Position numbers and translations under genes: made by a program. A stretch of 64,000 nt of DNA, from the IMG/VR virus record IMGVR_UViG_3300034095_000847; one strand, given 5' to 3'. The DNA comes from a virus. Positions 22,101 to 30,740 of the stretch are shown piece after piece (positions within the stretch are counted from its first letter, which is position 1; each line of letters begins with the position of its first letter). A model generated the notes under the pieces. That model saw nothing but the letters and a program-made list of their open reading frames with translations, made no database searches and was not told where the DNA came from.

Positions 22101-22914
22101 AACATTCCGAGATAATTTAAAAGCAATTGCTATTGGATCTTATGTCACTATTTCAGGAACAACTTCATCATTAAATAATGGTACATTCCTTGTATCTCAT
22201 ATTACTAATGATGGAACTACTGGAAAATTATTTGTTACTTTTAGTACTGGAATACAAGATTTTACAAGTCAACCATCAGTATCTGGAACTACCGTAGTTA
22301 ATAAAGTAATGTTCAAAGATGAAATTACTCCTGCCGGAAGTACCACTATTAGTAAATATGTTTCTAATAATATTGTACTTAATCAAGTTTGTGGATATTT
22401 AAAAATAAATTTTGCCGCCAATGTTCCTGTTGGTTCTGATGTGTTTGTATATTATAAAGCAATAAAATCAGGTGATATTGAAGGTTTGAATTGGATTAAA
22501 ATAGAACCACCTACTCCAGTAATAAAAACTGACATAAATGATTTTATGCTTACTGATTATCATTATAATGTAGAAACAGACAAAATTATTAATATTGATG
22601 CAATTAGTGGTGTTTCTGGTGCAAGTACAATTTTAATACCTACAACTACAGGCGTTGCAGTTGGAGCATTAGTAACTGGTCTTGGTGTTGGTACAGCAGC
22701 AGTGATTACTGCTATTACTGATGGTACAGGTACTGATGCAGGCAAATCTACATTAACAATGTCTGTTGTCAATGCAAGTATTGTTCAAGGTACTATTAAT
22801 ATTCATTCAACTACTGGTCAATTTGATACTGTTGCTGTTAAGTTAGTAATGCAATCTACAAATACCTGTGCTGTTCCAACTATTAAAGATTTGAGAATTA
22901 TTGCTTGCGCATAA
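16183..22914 (+). CDS. Large virion structural protein, VrlC/DUF4815-like
   Basis: PYYDDY...K.FY.ILFRPG.PVQARELTQLQ N-terminus; LA.RTYDESGDY; RYTMRDIG.LEKRI; DPLAQTF; P.IKDLR.IA C-terminus; AATAAATA at 16141. Confidence 0.85.
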   Translation: MLDFNTEPYYDDYNEDKKFYKILFRPGYPVQARELTQLQTIIQQQVKRHGDHIFKQGAMVIPGEFAVDTKYSYVKVDPTYGGVDVNDFIDSFIGKQIIGDTSGITAEVLYATHHDDIDPATLFVRYITSDNSAASVPFSNSEVISLADETHSVQSISSNATGIGSAGIIQRGVYYINGFFVLADSQTVILDKYSNIPSYRIGLTIDETIITEYEDESLLDNAQNSYNYSAPGAHRHSIDLVLTKQTIGTTTDSNFIELARIINGRIISIKSGTDYAQLEKTLAERTYDESGDYTVVPFGIDVREHRNNDRGSWISDRAYLLGDIVLNSDKLYTARNTGTSAGATGPTHTVGKVYDGTTTGVQWEYTPKPNYNRGVYNAFGSLISIEVTKQGSGYLTAPAISFSGGNGTGASAAAKINSEGKLIGIDVINQGSGYTSNPNIIITSDSGINAEAVAYANFGNESKLAIGMEAGKAYVHGYKIQKPSTEFVDVDKARTYNSVDNAKVSTTVGNYILVKNLAGIPDYKNNVTINIYDQLAAAGTVIGTCKVRGLEWDNGLVYTASTIYKLFIFDIVMNVGKTLVRDVKSFAVSDFVADISPILTQLAGTVQSSTTTISGTGTTFLSVFKVGDYISIAMQVRRITAVASNGSLTIASGLSSDITVGTNFYLLSTDIIEPNNSGLIFPLPNSYIKTSSDISYTVFERFSALTVASSQVAFQTTDTGTFASAAAYENYLLSTSSAIVPITGIVVAGNQVTISVNSSYNGSSVVLSAAVNKTGATSTRRTKTATIAHTEYTTAAAGQATILNLGYADTFRILSIKMKAGTFASPTGDYVIDISDRYDFDNGQRETHYDYSRLTLKSSFSPPTAPVQVYFEYFAHGTGDYFTVESYTGIGYNEIPTYTGFPLRDAIDFRPAYNGSSWTSTTFLPKRAIDVSIDYDYYLPRLDKIYIDYTGNFINVKGTPNIPPVQPPVMSTGMELYSLTLAPYTLDTTIDNVIFSKAENKRYTMRDIGKLEKRIENLEYYTSLSLLEQETTSMQITDSSGLDRYQNGFVVDSFNGQGVGNTQSPDYLCSIDQENNELLPFFTMQNINMIEKNKTEGARTSSNYKMYGDIITLPVVDHVKIAEQTLGSRTERINPFAIFTFLGKMELTPSSDDWFETDRKPDIINNVEGNYNAIKTLAESVGLLGTVWNAWQTQWTGRPVVTNAYSGKYAALAEKLGATGEAISSNVGLNRKAHGWNIYGGSYTLTTTTATKVGQSRTGVNTTLVAKVDTQLTEDRIVSSAVIPYIRSRNILIQAKALKPETQFYSFFENADISQYCTPATKLDLGTSVSGIFDYISNVGGDSSGAQRRINGDTQVCLTRGDIIFVSHRGSTSYQTPDSSGCPATAVIVDVEYNPTTLHKSIYVVNIKGSFLSGDTVKGNVSLATGTLASTPVAKVAGDSLITNFNGSVNLLFDIPNTDSVRFRTGKREFKLQDTTTPLGLFNSRGTGTYEANGVLQTKQATYTATRNGELVQERLTDNRVITETSERIVSGTGWYDPLAQTFTIKDQPGGCFLTKVDIFFAKKDPNIPVTLQIRETVNGYPGANILPFSTVTLLPEQVNLSSTIVTVTSEEGGNVPYPKYDTPTTFTFKSPVYVKDGTDYAIVLLSDSILYRVWISEMGNLIPDSTQTITEQPYAGVLYKSQNGASWTPSDTQDMKFTVYRAKFDVTAVGTVDFINDVIPTTKFTQASIDAYPFQTTSGSAVVRVWQQDHGMPSGSTVRISGIANTINGITAANLNGDRTISNVDMDSYTITAGGNATSSGYAGPSGTTEEWLLSKNIQYDAIQPSFANLNFPETSIDYKIRTASGKSVDGSETPYAIDANSVACVANDTNYFNTPRMIVSEVNETNAGLGGIKPLTLTAEMKTTKDSLSPIIDTHRVSAVLVSNKINKPSESNTNLAVIDEVSVFTGTGLTFNVKSADTVYGNASISSTNATFRDNLKAIAIGSYVTISGTTSSLNNGTFLVSHITNDGTTGKLFVTFSTGIQDFTSQPSVSGTTVVNKVMFKDEITPAGSTTISKYVSNNIVLNQVCGYLKINFAANVPVGSDVFVYYKAIKSGDIEGLNWIKIEPPTPVIKTDINDFMLTDYHYNVETDKIINIDAISGVSGASTILIPTTTGVAVGALVTGLGVGTAAVITAITDGTGTDAGKSTLTMSVVNASIVQGTINIHSTTGQFDTVAVKLVMQSTNTCAVPTIKDLRIIACA

Positions 22915-22915
22915 T

Positions 22916-23140
22916 ATGAAATATTTAAAAGTAACTGGAAATACTGATTTAGTACGGGATGCAGAGTCCCGTGCTATAATCAATACATCAGATAATGGAT
23001 ATAATGAATATATGAATAAAAGAAATATGCAATTATATCAAAGGGATTTGATTGCACGTCAAGATAATGAAATACAGATGTTGAAAAATGATATTAGTGA
23101 CATAAAACAAATGTTATTAACATTAATAAATAATAAATAA
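22916..23140 (+). CDS. Small coiled-coil virion-associated protein
   Basis: KV.G..DLVRD..S.AIIN motif and C-terminal coiled coil, typical downstream of VrlC-like genes; ATG 22916. Confidence 0.7.
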   Translation: MKYLKVTGNTDLVRDAESRAIINTSDNGYNEYMNKRNMQLYQRDLIARQDNEIQMLKNDISDIKQMLLTLINNK

Positions 23141-23168
23141 GTAAATATACTGTTAACAGGATAAATTA

Positions 23169-25094
23169 ATGGCTGCTATAACTACTCGATCAACTGCAGG
23201 AACAGGTGCAACGGTTAAAAATTCAACATTAACCAATGCTGAGGTTGATAACAACTTTATTAATTTAAATGTTGATATACAAACAAGACTATTAAAAACT
23301 GGTGGAACAAATTTATATATCGGTAGTCAAGCAAATTCTACAAGATTTCCAAATTCAATTACTGTATTTTCAAGTGTTGCTTCGGGTATTCAAAAAAACG
23401 AATCACATAATATTGGTTTAGCATCAGAAAATACAGGATCTTTTTTAGCTAAAACTATTGTTACAGGTTCATCAGGTGGAACTACTATTACACTTAGTGA
23501 TGTAGCAGGAATATATATTGGGCAAGTTGTTTCTGCAACTGGGGTAGCTAGTGAAGCTATTATAACAAATATTAATACAGGAACAAATGTAGTCACACTA
23601 TCTATTGCTAATACTGGTATTCCTTCAGGAACTGCTAATATCATAGCGTATGGCGTAGGTGCTTATGGTATAGGATATACTAGTGGTGGATGTACAGGTA
23701 TTGGTGTAATAGGTGAAGCTCATGTAAATATAAGTAGTGCTTCAGGAAGAGCAATTGGAGTTAAAGGATATTCTAATGATACTCATGCAAGCGGTTCTAA
23801 TATAGGTTTATATGGTTCTGCTGAAAATGGACTTACAAATTATAGTTTATATTTAAATGAGGGTGATATCTATAGTAAAAGCGCTGTAAATAAAACTTGG
23901 TATCTAAATTCAAATTTAACTTTTTCAAGTGTTAGTGGATCTTATAGCGTAACTATACCGCAATTAGTTTTAGGAATAGATTTAGCAGTTTCTCAAGGTG
24001 GAACAGGTGCATCTTCATTTACTACAAATGCTGTCTTACTTGGAAATGGCGGAGGTTCATTTCAAACTGTTTCTCCAGGTACAAGTGGAAATGTATTATT
24101 GTCAAATGGTAGTACCTGGATTAGTTCAACAGTATCATCATCTTTTGTAACAACTGCTTTAGGATTTACTCCATATAATTCTACAAATCCAAATGGATAT
24201 ATTTCTGGAATTACTTACGCTAATGTTATTAGTGCTTTAGGATTTACTCCTTATAATTCTACTAATCCTAGTGTATATATAACTTCAGGAGGAATTACTT
24301 ACGCTAATGTTATTAGTGCTTTAGGTTTTACTCCATATAATTCTACAAATCCAAATGGATATATTTCAGGAATTACTAGTGGTAATGTAACTACTGCTTT
24401 AGGATTTACTCCTTATAATTCTACAAATCCAAATGGATATATTTCTGGAATTACTAGTGGCAAAGTAATTACTGCTTTAGGTTTTACTCCATATAATTCT
24501 ACAAATCCAAATGGATATATTTCAGGAATTACTAGTGGCAAAGTAATTACTGCTTTAGGTTTTACTCCATATAATTCTACTAATCCTAATGGATATATAA
24601 CTTCAGCAGGAAGTGCTGATTATGCAAATAGTTCTGGTAGTGCTGATAGTGCAACAACATTTACTAGTACAACCCAAAATTCAAGATTTAAGTCTTTAGG
24701 TGTAGGTACTAATGCTTCAGAGGTAACTGGAGAAATTAGAGCAACTGGAAATATAACTGGATTTTTTTCTTCTGATAAAAAATATAAAGACAATATTAGA
24801 GACATTGATGGTGTTTTAGAAAAAGTAGTTTCAATAGGTTCTAAATATTTTGATTGGACAGATGATTATATTAATGATCATGGTGGAGAAGATGGATACT
24901 TTGTTCAAAAATCTGACTTTGGAGTAGTTGCTCAAGATGTTCAAGCAGTATTTCCACAGGCAGTAAAACAACGTGAAGATGGTTCTCTTGCGGTAGATTA
25001 TGCAAGACTTGGTGTTTTGTCCTTTGGAGCTATTTCTGAATTGCAAAAACAAATAAATGAATTAAAAGAAATAATTAATAAAATTACTTCTTAA
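23169..25094 (+). CDS. Tail fibre/spike with tandem repeats and C-terminal Peptidase_S74 intramolecular chaperone
   Basis: LT.AE.D.NF..L N-terminus; ALGFTPYN repeats; SSD.K.K.NI, FDW, GV.AQDV..VFP.AV, LAVDY and terminal coiled coil. Confidence 0.85.
   Translation: MAAITTRSTAGTGATVKNSTLTNAEVDNNFINLNVDIQTRLLKTGGTNLYIGSQANSTRFPNSITVFSSVASGIQKNESHNIGLASENTGSFLAKTIVTGSSGGTTITLSDVAGIYIGQVVSATGVASEAIITNINTGTNVVTLSIANTGIPSGTANIIAYGVGAYGIGYTSGGCTGIGVIGEAHVNISSASGRAIGVKGYSNDTHASGSNIGLYGSAENGLTNYSLYLNEGDIYSKSAVNKTWYLNSNLTFSSVSGSYSVTIPQLVLGIDLAVSQGGTGASSFTTNAVLLGNGGGSFQTVSPGTSGNVLLSNGSTWISSTVSSSFVTTALGFTPYNSTNPNGYISGITYANVISALGFTPYNSTNPSVYITSGGITYANVISALGFTPYNSTNPNGYISGITSGNVTTALGFTPYNSTNPNGYISGITSGKVITALGFTPYNSTNPNGYISGITSGKVITALGFTPYNSTNPNGYITSAGSADYANSSGSADSATTFTSTTQNSRFKSLGVGTNASEVTGEIRATGNITGFFSSDKKYKDNIRDIDGVLEKVVSIGSKYFDWTDDYINDHGGEDGYFVQKSDFGVVAQDVQAVFPQAVKQREDGSLAVDYARLGVLSFGAISELQKQINELKEIINKITS
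24147..24606 (+). repeat. Six tandem ~78-bp (26-aa) coding repeats V..ALGFTPYNSTNPNGYISGIT
   Basis: Counted directly in protein and DNA. Confidence 0.95.
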
Positions 25095-25108
25095 TGATAT
25101 TTAAAACT

Positions 25109-25116
25109 TATAAATA
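25109..25116 (+). promoter_or_regulatory. Late promoter
   Basis: TATAAATA upstream of ORF 25145. Confidence 0.75.
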
Positions 25117-25144
25117 ATATATAATTACATAAAAGAGAAATACT

Positions 25145-25390
25145 ATGACTGAAATAGACTATTCTGATGCGATTGCTAATGCAAACCCAACTGATGCACC
25201 GTTAATATATACTTCAAAGGGTAATATTCCTGAAGCTGCTTTGACATATAAAACCGAGTGGATTGTAGAATCTGCATATATTTTGTTCGGTGAAAAATGG
25301 TTTTTAGGTGATGAATTAGTGAAATCAAACGCTCACACTTACACAAATAATCCATTTGGACAACTTGGCGTAGAACAATCAACTTTTTAA
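25145..25390 (+). CDS. Hypothetical protein (probably virion-associated)
   Basis: 81-aa ORF with late promoter and AGAG RBS. Confidence 0.6.
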   Translation: MTEIDYSDAIANANPTDAPLIYTSKGNIPEAALTYKTEWIVESAYILFGEKWFLGDELVKSNAHTYTNNPFGQLGVEQSTF

Positions 25391-25408
25391 ATTTAAGGAA
25401 ATACAAAA

Positions 25409-25864
25409 ATGGCAAATACTGCAGGTTTATGCAATACTTTTAAAACTGATTTAATGAACGGAGTTCATGCATTTTCTATTGCTACAGGTGGTAAAGCAGC
25501 AGCAGATACATTTTATGGTGCATTGTACTTAGCAACTGCTACATTATCTTCAGCATCGGGTGCTTATACAACATCCGGTGAAATTTCAGCAACTGGTACT
25601 TATGCTGCCGGCGGCCAGGTAATTACTAATGCTTCTGCTCCAGCAAATACTGCTGGTACAACTTATTGGACTCCTTCTGGTTCAATGACTTGGACAGGTG
25701 TTACTATTACTGGTTTTGATACCCTGTTAATATACAACTCAACTGTAGCAGGTAAAAATGCTGTTGGTGTGTTTACATTCTCATCACAAAGTATTACTTC
25801 AGGTACTTTTACATTGACAATGCCTACAAATAACAGTACCACTGGTTTAATTCGTATTGCTTAA
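25409..25864 (+). CDS. Small beta-rich virion structural protein
   Basis: AAGGA RBS; Thr/Gly/Ala-rich; C..FK..L..G.H, Y.AGG and LIYN motifs seen in phage structural proteins. Confidence 0.6.
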   Translation: MANTAGLCNTFKTDLMNGVHAFSIATGGKAAADTFYGALYLATATLSSASGAYTTSGEISATGTYAAGGQVITNASAPANTAGTTYWTPSGSMTWTGVTITGFDTLLIYNSTVAGKNAVGVFTFSSQSITSGTFTLTMPTNNSTTGLIRIA

Positions 25865-25883
25865 TAAATAAAAGAGGATTTAA

Positions 25884-26222
25884 ATGGCAACGGTTGCTAA
25901 TCTATTTGTAGATGCAGGTGCTGATTATAGTAATATAATTACTGTTGCAGCATCAACTACTATACCGCTAAATTTGACTGGTTTTACAGCAAAATCACAG
26001 ATGCGTAAATCGTATAGTTCATCTGTTGCCTTTAACTTTAACACTACAATTTATGATGCTGTTGCAGGTAAAGTTCGTATCCAATTAACCTCATCTGAAT
26101 CAGGAGCAATACCTCCTGGTAGATACCTTTATGATATTGAGATAACACAAACAAACACTGGAATAAAAACAAGAGTCATCGAAGGGATAGTTACAATAAC
26201 ACCACAGATAACGCAGATATAA
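25884..26222 (+). CDS. Fibre adaptor/baseplate upper protein-like (BppU_N-like)
   Basis: GAD(Y), NLTG.TAKSQMRKSY.S, GRY.YDIE and R..EG...ITP motifs; AATAAATA at 25863. Confidence 0.7.
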   Translation: MATVANLFVDAGADYSNIITVAASTTIPLNLTGFTAKSQMRKSYSSSVAFNFNTTIYDAVAGKVRIQLTSSESGAIPPGRYLYDIEITQTNTGIKTRVIEGIVTITPQITQI

Positions 26223-26223
26223 T

Positions 26224-26466
26224 ATGGCAGATATTATTGCAATAGTAGATCAAAACCATTTAACTGCATCGGTTGGATATGATACGGGACCATACGTTTC
26301 AACTAATTTAGCAAACCCGGCAATACTTGGTTCTATATCTGATATAGGTGATGTAGATACCTCGATTATACAAAATGGTTCGGTACTTGTATTTAATTCT
26401 ACTACAAATAAATGGACATCCACCATACATCTTGATTTACAAGATATGGAAGCTGGCGAATTTTAA
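26224..26466 (+). CDS. Small fibre-associated protein
   Basis: I.DI.DVD.....GSVLV.N....KW and terminal .AGEF motifs of fibre-junction proteins. Confidence 0.6.
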   Translation: MADIIAIVDQNHLTASVGYDTGPYVSTNLANPAILGSISDIGDVDTSIIQNGSVLVFNSTTNKWTSTIHLDLQDMEAGEF

Positions 26467-26482
26467 CGGAGATAACTAAAAA

Positions 26483-29065
26483 ATGGCATCAACCATAAGA
26501 ATTAAAAGAAGTACAGTCAGCGGGAATCCAAGTGCTCTTGCCGCAGGCGAAATGGCGTATTCAGCTTTAACCGATAATGGTAGTAATGGTGGCGATAGAC
26601 TTTATATTGGTATAGGTACAGAAACGGCAGGAAATGCTACAAACCATTATATAATAGGTGGTAAATATTTTACCGACATGTTGGATCAGTCTCCTGGGAC
26701 TCTTACTGCATCATCTGCTATAGTTGTTGATTCTAATAGTAAAATCAATAATATTAATGTAGGTAATATTACCCTTACAGGTTCTACTAATACTATTAGT
26801 TCAACAAATACTAATGGTGATATTGTTCTTACACCTAATGGTACTGGAAAAACTATAATCACTAATCCATATATTGGTGATAATGCAACTCCATTATCAG
26901 AATATATTTACGATACTGTTGGTGGAGCAGTTACTGCTGGTACCGGTATTACAGTTGCAAATAGTGATGGTGGTAATACAACTACAATTTCTATTACAAA
27001 TACTACTGTAAGTGCTAATACATATGGTTCTGCTACGGCAATCCCTGTAATTACTGTTAATGCTCAAGGTCAACTTACAAATGTAACTACTGCATCAGTA
27101 GCATCTAGTTTAAATATTTCGGGTGATACTGGAACAGATGCGGTTGCTTTATTATCAGATACACTAATATTTATTGGAGGCAATGGACTTACTTCTGCGA
27201 TAACAAATAATACTGTTACATTTGATATTGATACTACTGTAGTTACGTTAGCAGATACTCAAACACTACAAAATAAAACACTAACACTACCAACTATTGG
27301 TGGTACCGGTGCTAAGTTTAATGGTTCATCTTCAGGTACTATTACTGTTTTAGCTACAGCAACTGCCGGTGTTAATTCATTAACATTACCTGCAGATACT
27401 GATACCTTAGTAGGTAAGGCGACAACAGATACATTTACAAATAAAACCTTTAATACTGCCGGTATAGGTAATAGTTTTAGTATTAATAGTAATGCAATTA
27501 CTGCATATACTGGTACTGGTGCGACAGTTGTATTAGCAACTACACCTAGTATTTCAGGTGGTATTAATTTTACCGGCAGTATTAGTGGACAAACTACTTT
27601 AACAACAAATGGTGCTGCTTCAGGTATATTAACATTACCTGCTGCTACAGATACATTAGTTGGTAAAGCAACAACAGATATATTTACAAATAAATCAATT
27701 AGTGGTTCTACAAATACATTTACTAATATTGGTAATAGTGCACTTGTTAATACCTCAGTTACCTTTGGTTCTACAACTGTTGCCTTAGGTGCGGTCTCTA
27801 CAACACTTATTGGATTAACAGAATTAGCTATTGATAATATTAATATTAATGGTAATACTATATCATCTACTGATACTAATGGTAATATTTCATTAGATCC
27901 AAATGGTACAGGTACAGTTGATGTTAATGGAGCAAGAATTACAAATCTTGCAACTCCAACTACTGGAAACGACGCTGTAACAAGAGATTATGTTGATAAT
28001 AAAATAACCGGTTTAACCTGGAAACAAGCAGCAAACTTGTTGGCAAGTTCAAATGTTCCATTAACTGGTAGCACAGGAACAGTATCTATTGATGGTCATA
28101 GTGCATTAACACAAGCACATGGTGATGGATATCGTCTGTTATTAATTGGCCAATTAACACCGTCTGATAATGGTATCTATGTATACAGTGATAATGGTAC
28201 TACCTACACATTAACAAGACCGTCTGATGCTGATACTTATGATGAGTTGATCGGTATGTCGATCTTCATCATGGAAGGTAGCACTTATGCTAATACTGGT
28301 TGGGTACAATCAAATCATTATATAACAAGTTTCAGTAATCAAAACTGGGTACAATTTTCAGGTGCAGGTGCTTATACAGCAGGTGATGGTTTAGGTCAAT
28401 CTGGAACTACATTCTTTGTACAAGCTTCTGCTACTGGCGGCATAGAAGTTGCTGCTGATTATCTACAATTAAAATCAACTGTTGCTGGAGATGGTTTAAC
28501 ATTAACTTCCGGTGTTCTTGATGTAGTTGGTACTGCAAGTAGAATCACAAGTAATGCTAATAGTATAGATATTGCTTCTACTTATGTAGGTCAATCTTCT
28601 ATTACTACATTAGGTACTATTACAACAGGTGTTTGGTCAGGAACAGTAATAGCTTCTGCTAAAGGTGGAACGGGAGTATCTAATTCAAGTACAATTACAC
28701 TAGGTGGAAATATTTCCACCGCTGGAGCATTTAGTACTAGTGGTGCCTTTGCTATTACTCTTACAGCAACTGCTATAACTTCTGTTACATTACCTATAAC
28801 TGGAACTTTATCAACTCTTGCGGGTTCTGAGGCATTAAGTAATAAAACAATTACTGCTTCATCTTTTAGTGGTACTACAGTTGCTGCTTCAGGTAATATA
28901 ACATTTACTTCTGTTACCGATGCTTCTGCCCTTGGAACTGCTCCAGTTGTATTAAGTGGTGGTTTATCTGTTGCTAAAGCAATATATGTTGGTACTAATA
29001 TTACCGGAGCAGGTGCTTCTACATCTACTTTAGATGGATTTAATATCGACGGCGGTACATACTAA
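26483..29065 (+). CDS. Long tail fibre-like protein
   Basis: IRIKRS...P..L..GE.AY N-terminus; LTNKT repeats; DA.T..YVD; C-terminal IDGGTY. Confidence 0.8.
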   Translation: MASTIRIKRSTVSGNPSALAAGEMAYSALTDNGSNGGDRLYIGIGTETAGNATNHYIIGGKYFTDMLDQSPGTLTASSAIVVDSNSKINNINVGNITLTGSTNTISSTNTNGDIVLTPNGTGKTIITNPYIGDNATPLSEYIYDTVGGAVTAGTGITVANSDGGNTTTISITNTTVSANTYGSATAIPVITVNAQGQLTNVTTASVASSLNISGDTGTDAVALLSDTLIFIGGNGLTSAITNNTVTFDIDTTVVTLADTQTLQNKTLTLPTIGGTGAKFNGSSSGTITVLATATAGVNSLTLPADTDTLVGKATTDTFTNKTFNTAGIGNSFSINSNAITAYTGTGATVVLATTPSISGGINFTGSISGQTTLTTNGAASGILTLPAATDTLVGKATTDIFTNKSISGSTNTFTNIGNSALVNTSVTFGSTTVALGAVSTTLIGLTELAIDNININGNTISSTDTNGNISLDPNGTGTVDVNGARITNLATPTTGNDAVTRDYVDNKITGLTWKQAANLLASSNVPLTGSTGTVSIDGHSALTQAHGDGYRLLLIGQLTPSDNGIYVYSDNGTTYTLTRPSDADTYDELIGMSIFIMEGSTYANTGWVQSNHYITSFSNQNWVQFSGAGAYTAGDGLGQSGTTFFVQASATGGIEVAADYLQLKSTVAGDGLTLTSGVLDVVGTASRITSNANSIDIASTYVGQSSITTLGTITTGVWSGTVIASAKGGTGVSNSSTITLGGNISTAGAFSTSGAFAITLTATAITSVTLPITGTLSTLAGSEALSNKTITASSFSGTTVAASGNITFTSVTDASALGTAPVVLSGGLSVAKAIYVGTNITGAGASTSTLDGFNIDGGTY

Positions 29066-29074
29066 TAGTATTCA

Positions 29075-29097
29075 GGGGAGTTATTACTCCCCCTTTT
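29075..29097 (+). terminator. Intrinsic terminator
   Basis: GGGGAGT-TATT-ACTCCCC followed by CTTTT. Confidence 0.7.
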
Positions 29098-29120
29098 ATT
29101 AATCCTTTTTAGGAATCACA

Positions 29121-30713
29121 ATGGCAAACACAGTTCTATTAAAGAAGTCTTCTGTTGCTTCTAAAGTCCCATTAACTACTGATTTAGCTTACGGTGAATT
29201 AGCATTAAATTATACAGATGAAAAACTGTATTTTAAAAATGCATCTAATGTAATTAAATCTTTAAATGTAACTTCATCCGCGTTAACTATTGGTACAGGT
29301 CTTTCAGGTACTTCATATAATGGATCTTCTGCAGTTACTATTGCTATAGATTCTACAGTTACTACATTAACTGGTTCTCAAACTCTTACAAATAAAACTC
29401 TTACTTCTCCTACAATTAATACAAGTACTATTTCAGGTGGTACATTAAACAATTGTATTATTGGTGGAACTACAACCGCAGCAGGTTCATTTACAACAGT
29501 AACTGCATCAGGAATTGTAAGTGGTTCAGAATTAACTTCATCTAATTCTGATGCTGATGAAGGCGGACAAATCAATTTAGCAAAACCACTAACTAATACT
29601 ACATTAGGTGGCGGTGTTACAATTGATGTTTACCAAAATAAATTACGAATTTTTGAACAAGGTGGAACTGCTAGAGGAGTTTATATTGATTTAACTGCTG
29701 CTGGTGCTGGAGTAGCTACAAGTTTACTTGGTGGATCTGGTTCAGTAACTTCTGTTTCTATTGTATCTGCTAATGGATTTGCCGGTACTGTAGCGACAAG
29801 TACCTCAACTCCGACTATTACCTTATCAACTTCTATTACTGGAATATTAAAGGGAAATGGAACAGCAATAAGTGCTGCTATTGTAGGTACTGATTATGCA
29901 TCTCCTTCTCAAACAATGTTTATTGGATCTACATCAGTTGCTATCAATAGATCAAGTGCTAATCTCGCATTGACTGGTATAAGTTCAGTTACATTATCTG
30001 GAAGCACTTCTGGTACTGTTCAATTAATTCCTACGGCCGCGGTTGGTACTGGTACAATATTAACAATACCTGCAACTACAGGTACTATAGTTACTACTGG
30101 GGATACCGGTACTGTTACTAGTACAATGATTGCCGATGGTACAATTGTTAATGAAGATATTAATGCATCTGCCGCAATAGCAGTTTCTAAACTTTCTGCT
30201 AGTACTATTTCAGGTGTTACACTTGGATCAAACCTTAATGCCTTAACAATTGGTACTGGACTTTCAGGTACAAGTTTTAATGGATCTGCCGGAGTAACAA
30301 TTGCAATTGATTCTACTGTAGCTACATTAACTGGTTCTCAAACATTATCAAATAAATCATTAAATGCCTTTGATATTAAAACTGGCACTACAACAATTGT
30401 TAATGAAAATGTAATTCAAGCAACTGTTGCAACAGTATCTCAAACTGCAATAGATACATTTGCTGTTGCTACATATAGATCAGCAAAATATATTGTACAA
30501 ATAACTCAAGGAACAAATTATCAAGTTTCAGAAATCCTTGTTATTCATAATGATACTACTACTACTATGACTGAATATGGTATGATGAATACCAACGGAT
30601 CTCTTGGAACATTTGCTACAGATATTAATACTGGCAATGTTAGATTACTTGTAACAATGGGATCAGCAACTTCAGCAACTATAAATATATCAAGAACAAC
30701 AATGGTTGTATAA
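29121..30713 (+). CDS. Tail fibre-like protein
   Basis: LKKS....KVP...DL.YGELALNY.D.KLYFK N-terminus; LTNKT repeats; YRSAKY..Q...E C-terminal domain. Confidence 0.8.
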   Translation: MANTVLLKKSSVASKVPLTTDLAYGELALNYTDEKLYFKNASNVIKSLNVTSSALTIGTGLSGTSYNGSSAVTIAIDSTVTTLTGSQTLTNKTLTSPTINTSTISGGTLNNCIIGGTTTAAGSFTTVTASGIVSGSELTSSNSDADEGGQINLAKPLTNTTLGGGVTIDVYQNKLRIFEQGGTARGVYIDLTAAGAGVATSLLGGSGSVTSVSIVSANGFAGTVATSTSTPTITLSTSITGILKGNGTAISAAIVGTDYASPSQTMFIGSTSVAINRSSANLALTGISSVTLSGSTSGTVQLIPTAAVGTGTILTIPATTGTIVTTGDTGTVTSTMIADGTIVNEDINASAAIAVSKLSASTISGVTLGSNLNALTIGTGLSGTSFNGSAGVTIAIDSTVATLTGSQTLSNKSLNAFDIKTGTTTIVNENVIQATVATVSQTAIDTFAVATYRSAKYIVQITQGTNYQVSEILVIHNDTTTTMTEYGMMNTNGSLGTFATDINTGNVRLLVTMGSATSATINISRTTMVV

Positions 30714-30740
30714 TTTTAATCTTGTGGATAGGGAAATGAG

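Noticed and set aside
24147-24606. Regularly spaced repeats resembling a CRISPR array
   Set aside because: In-frame coding repeats with no unique spacers and no cas genes
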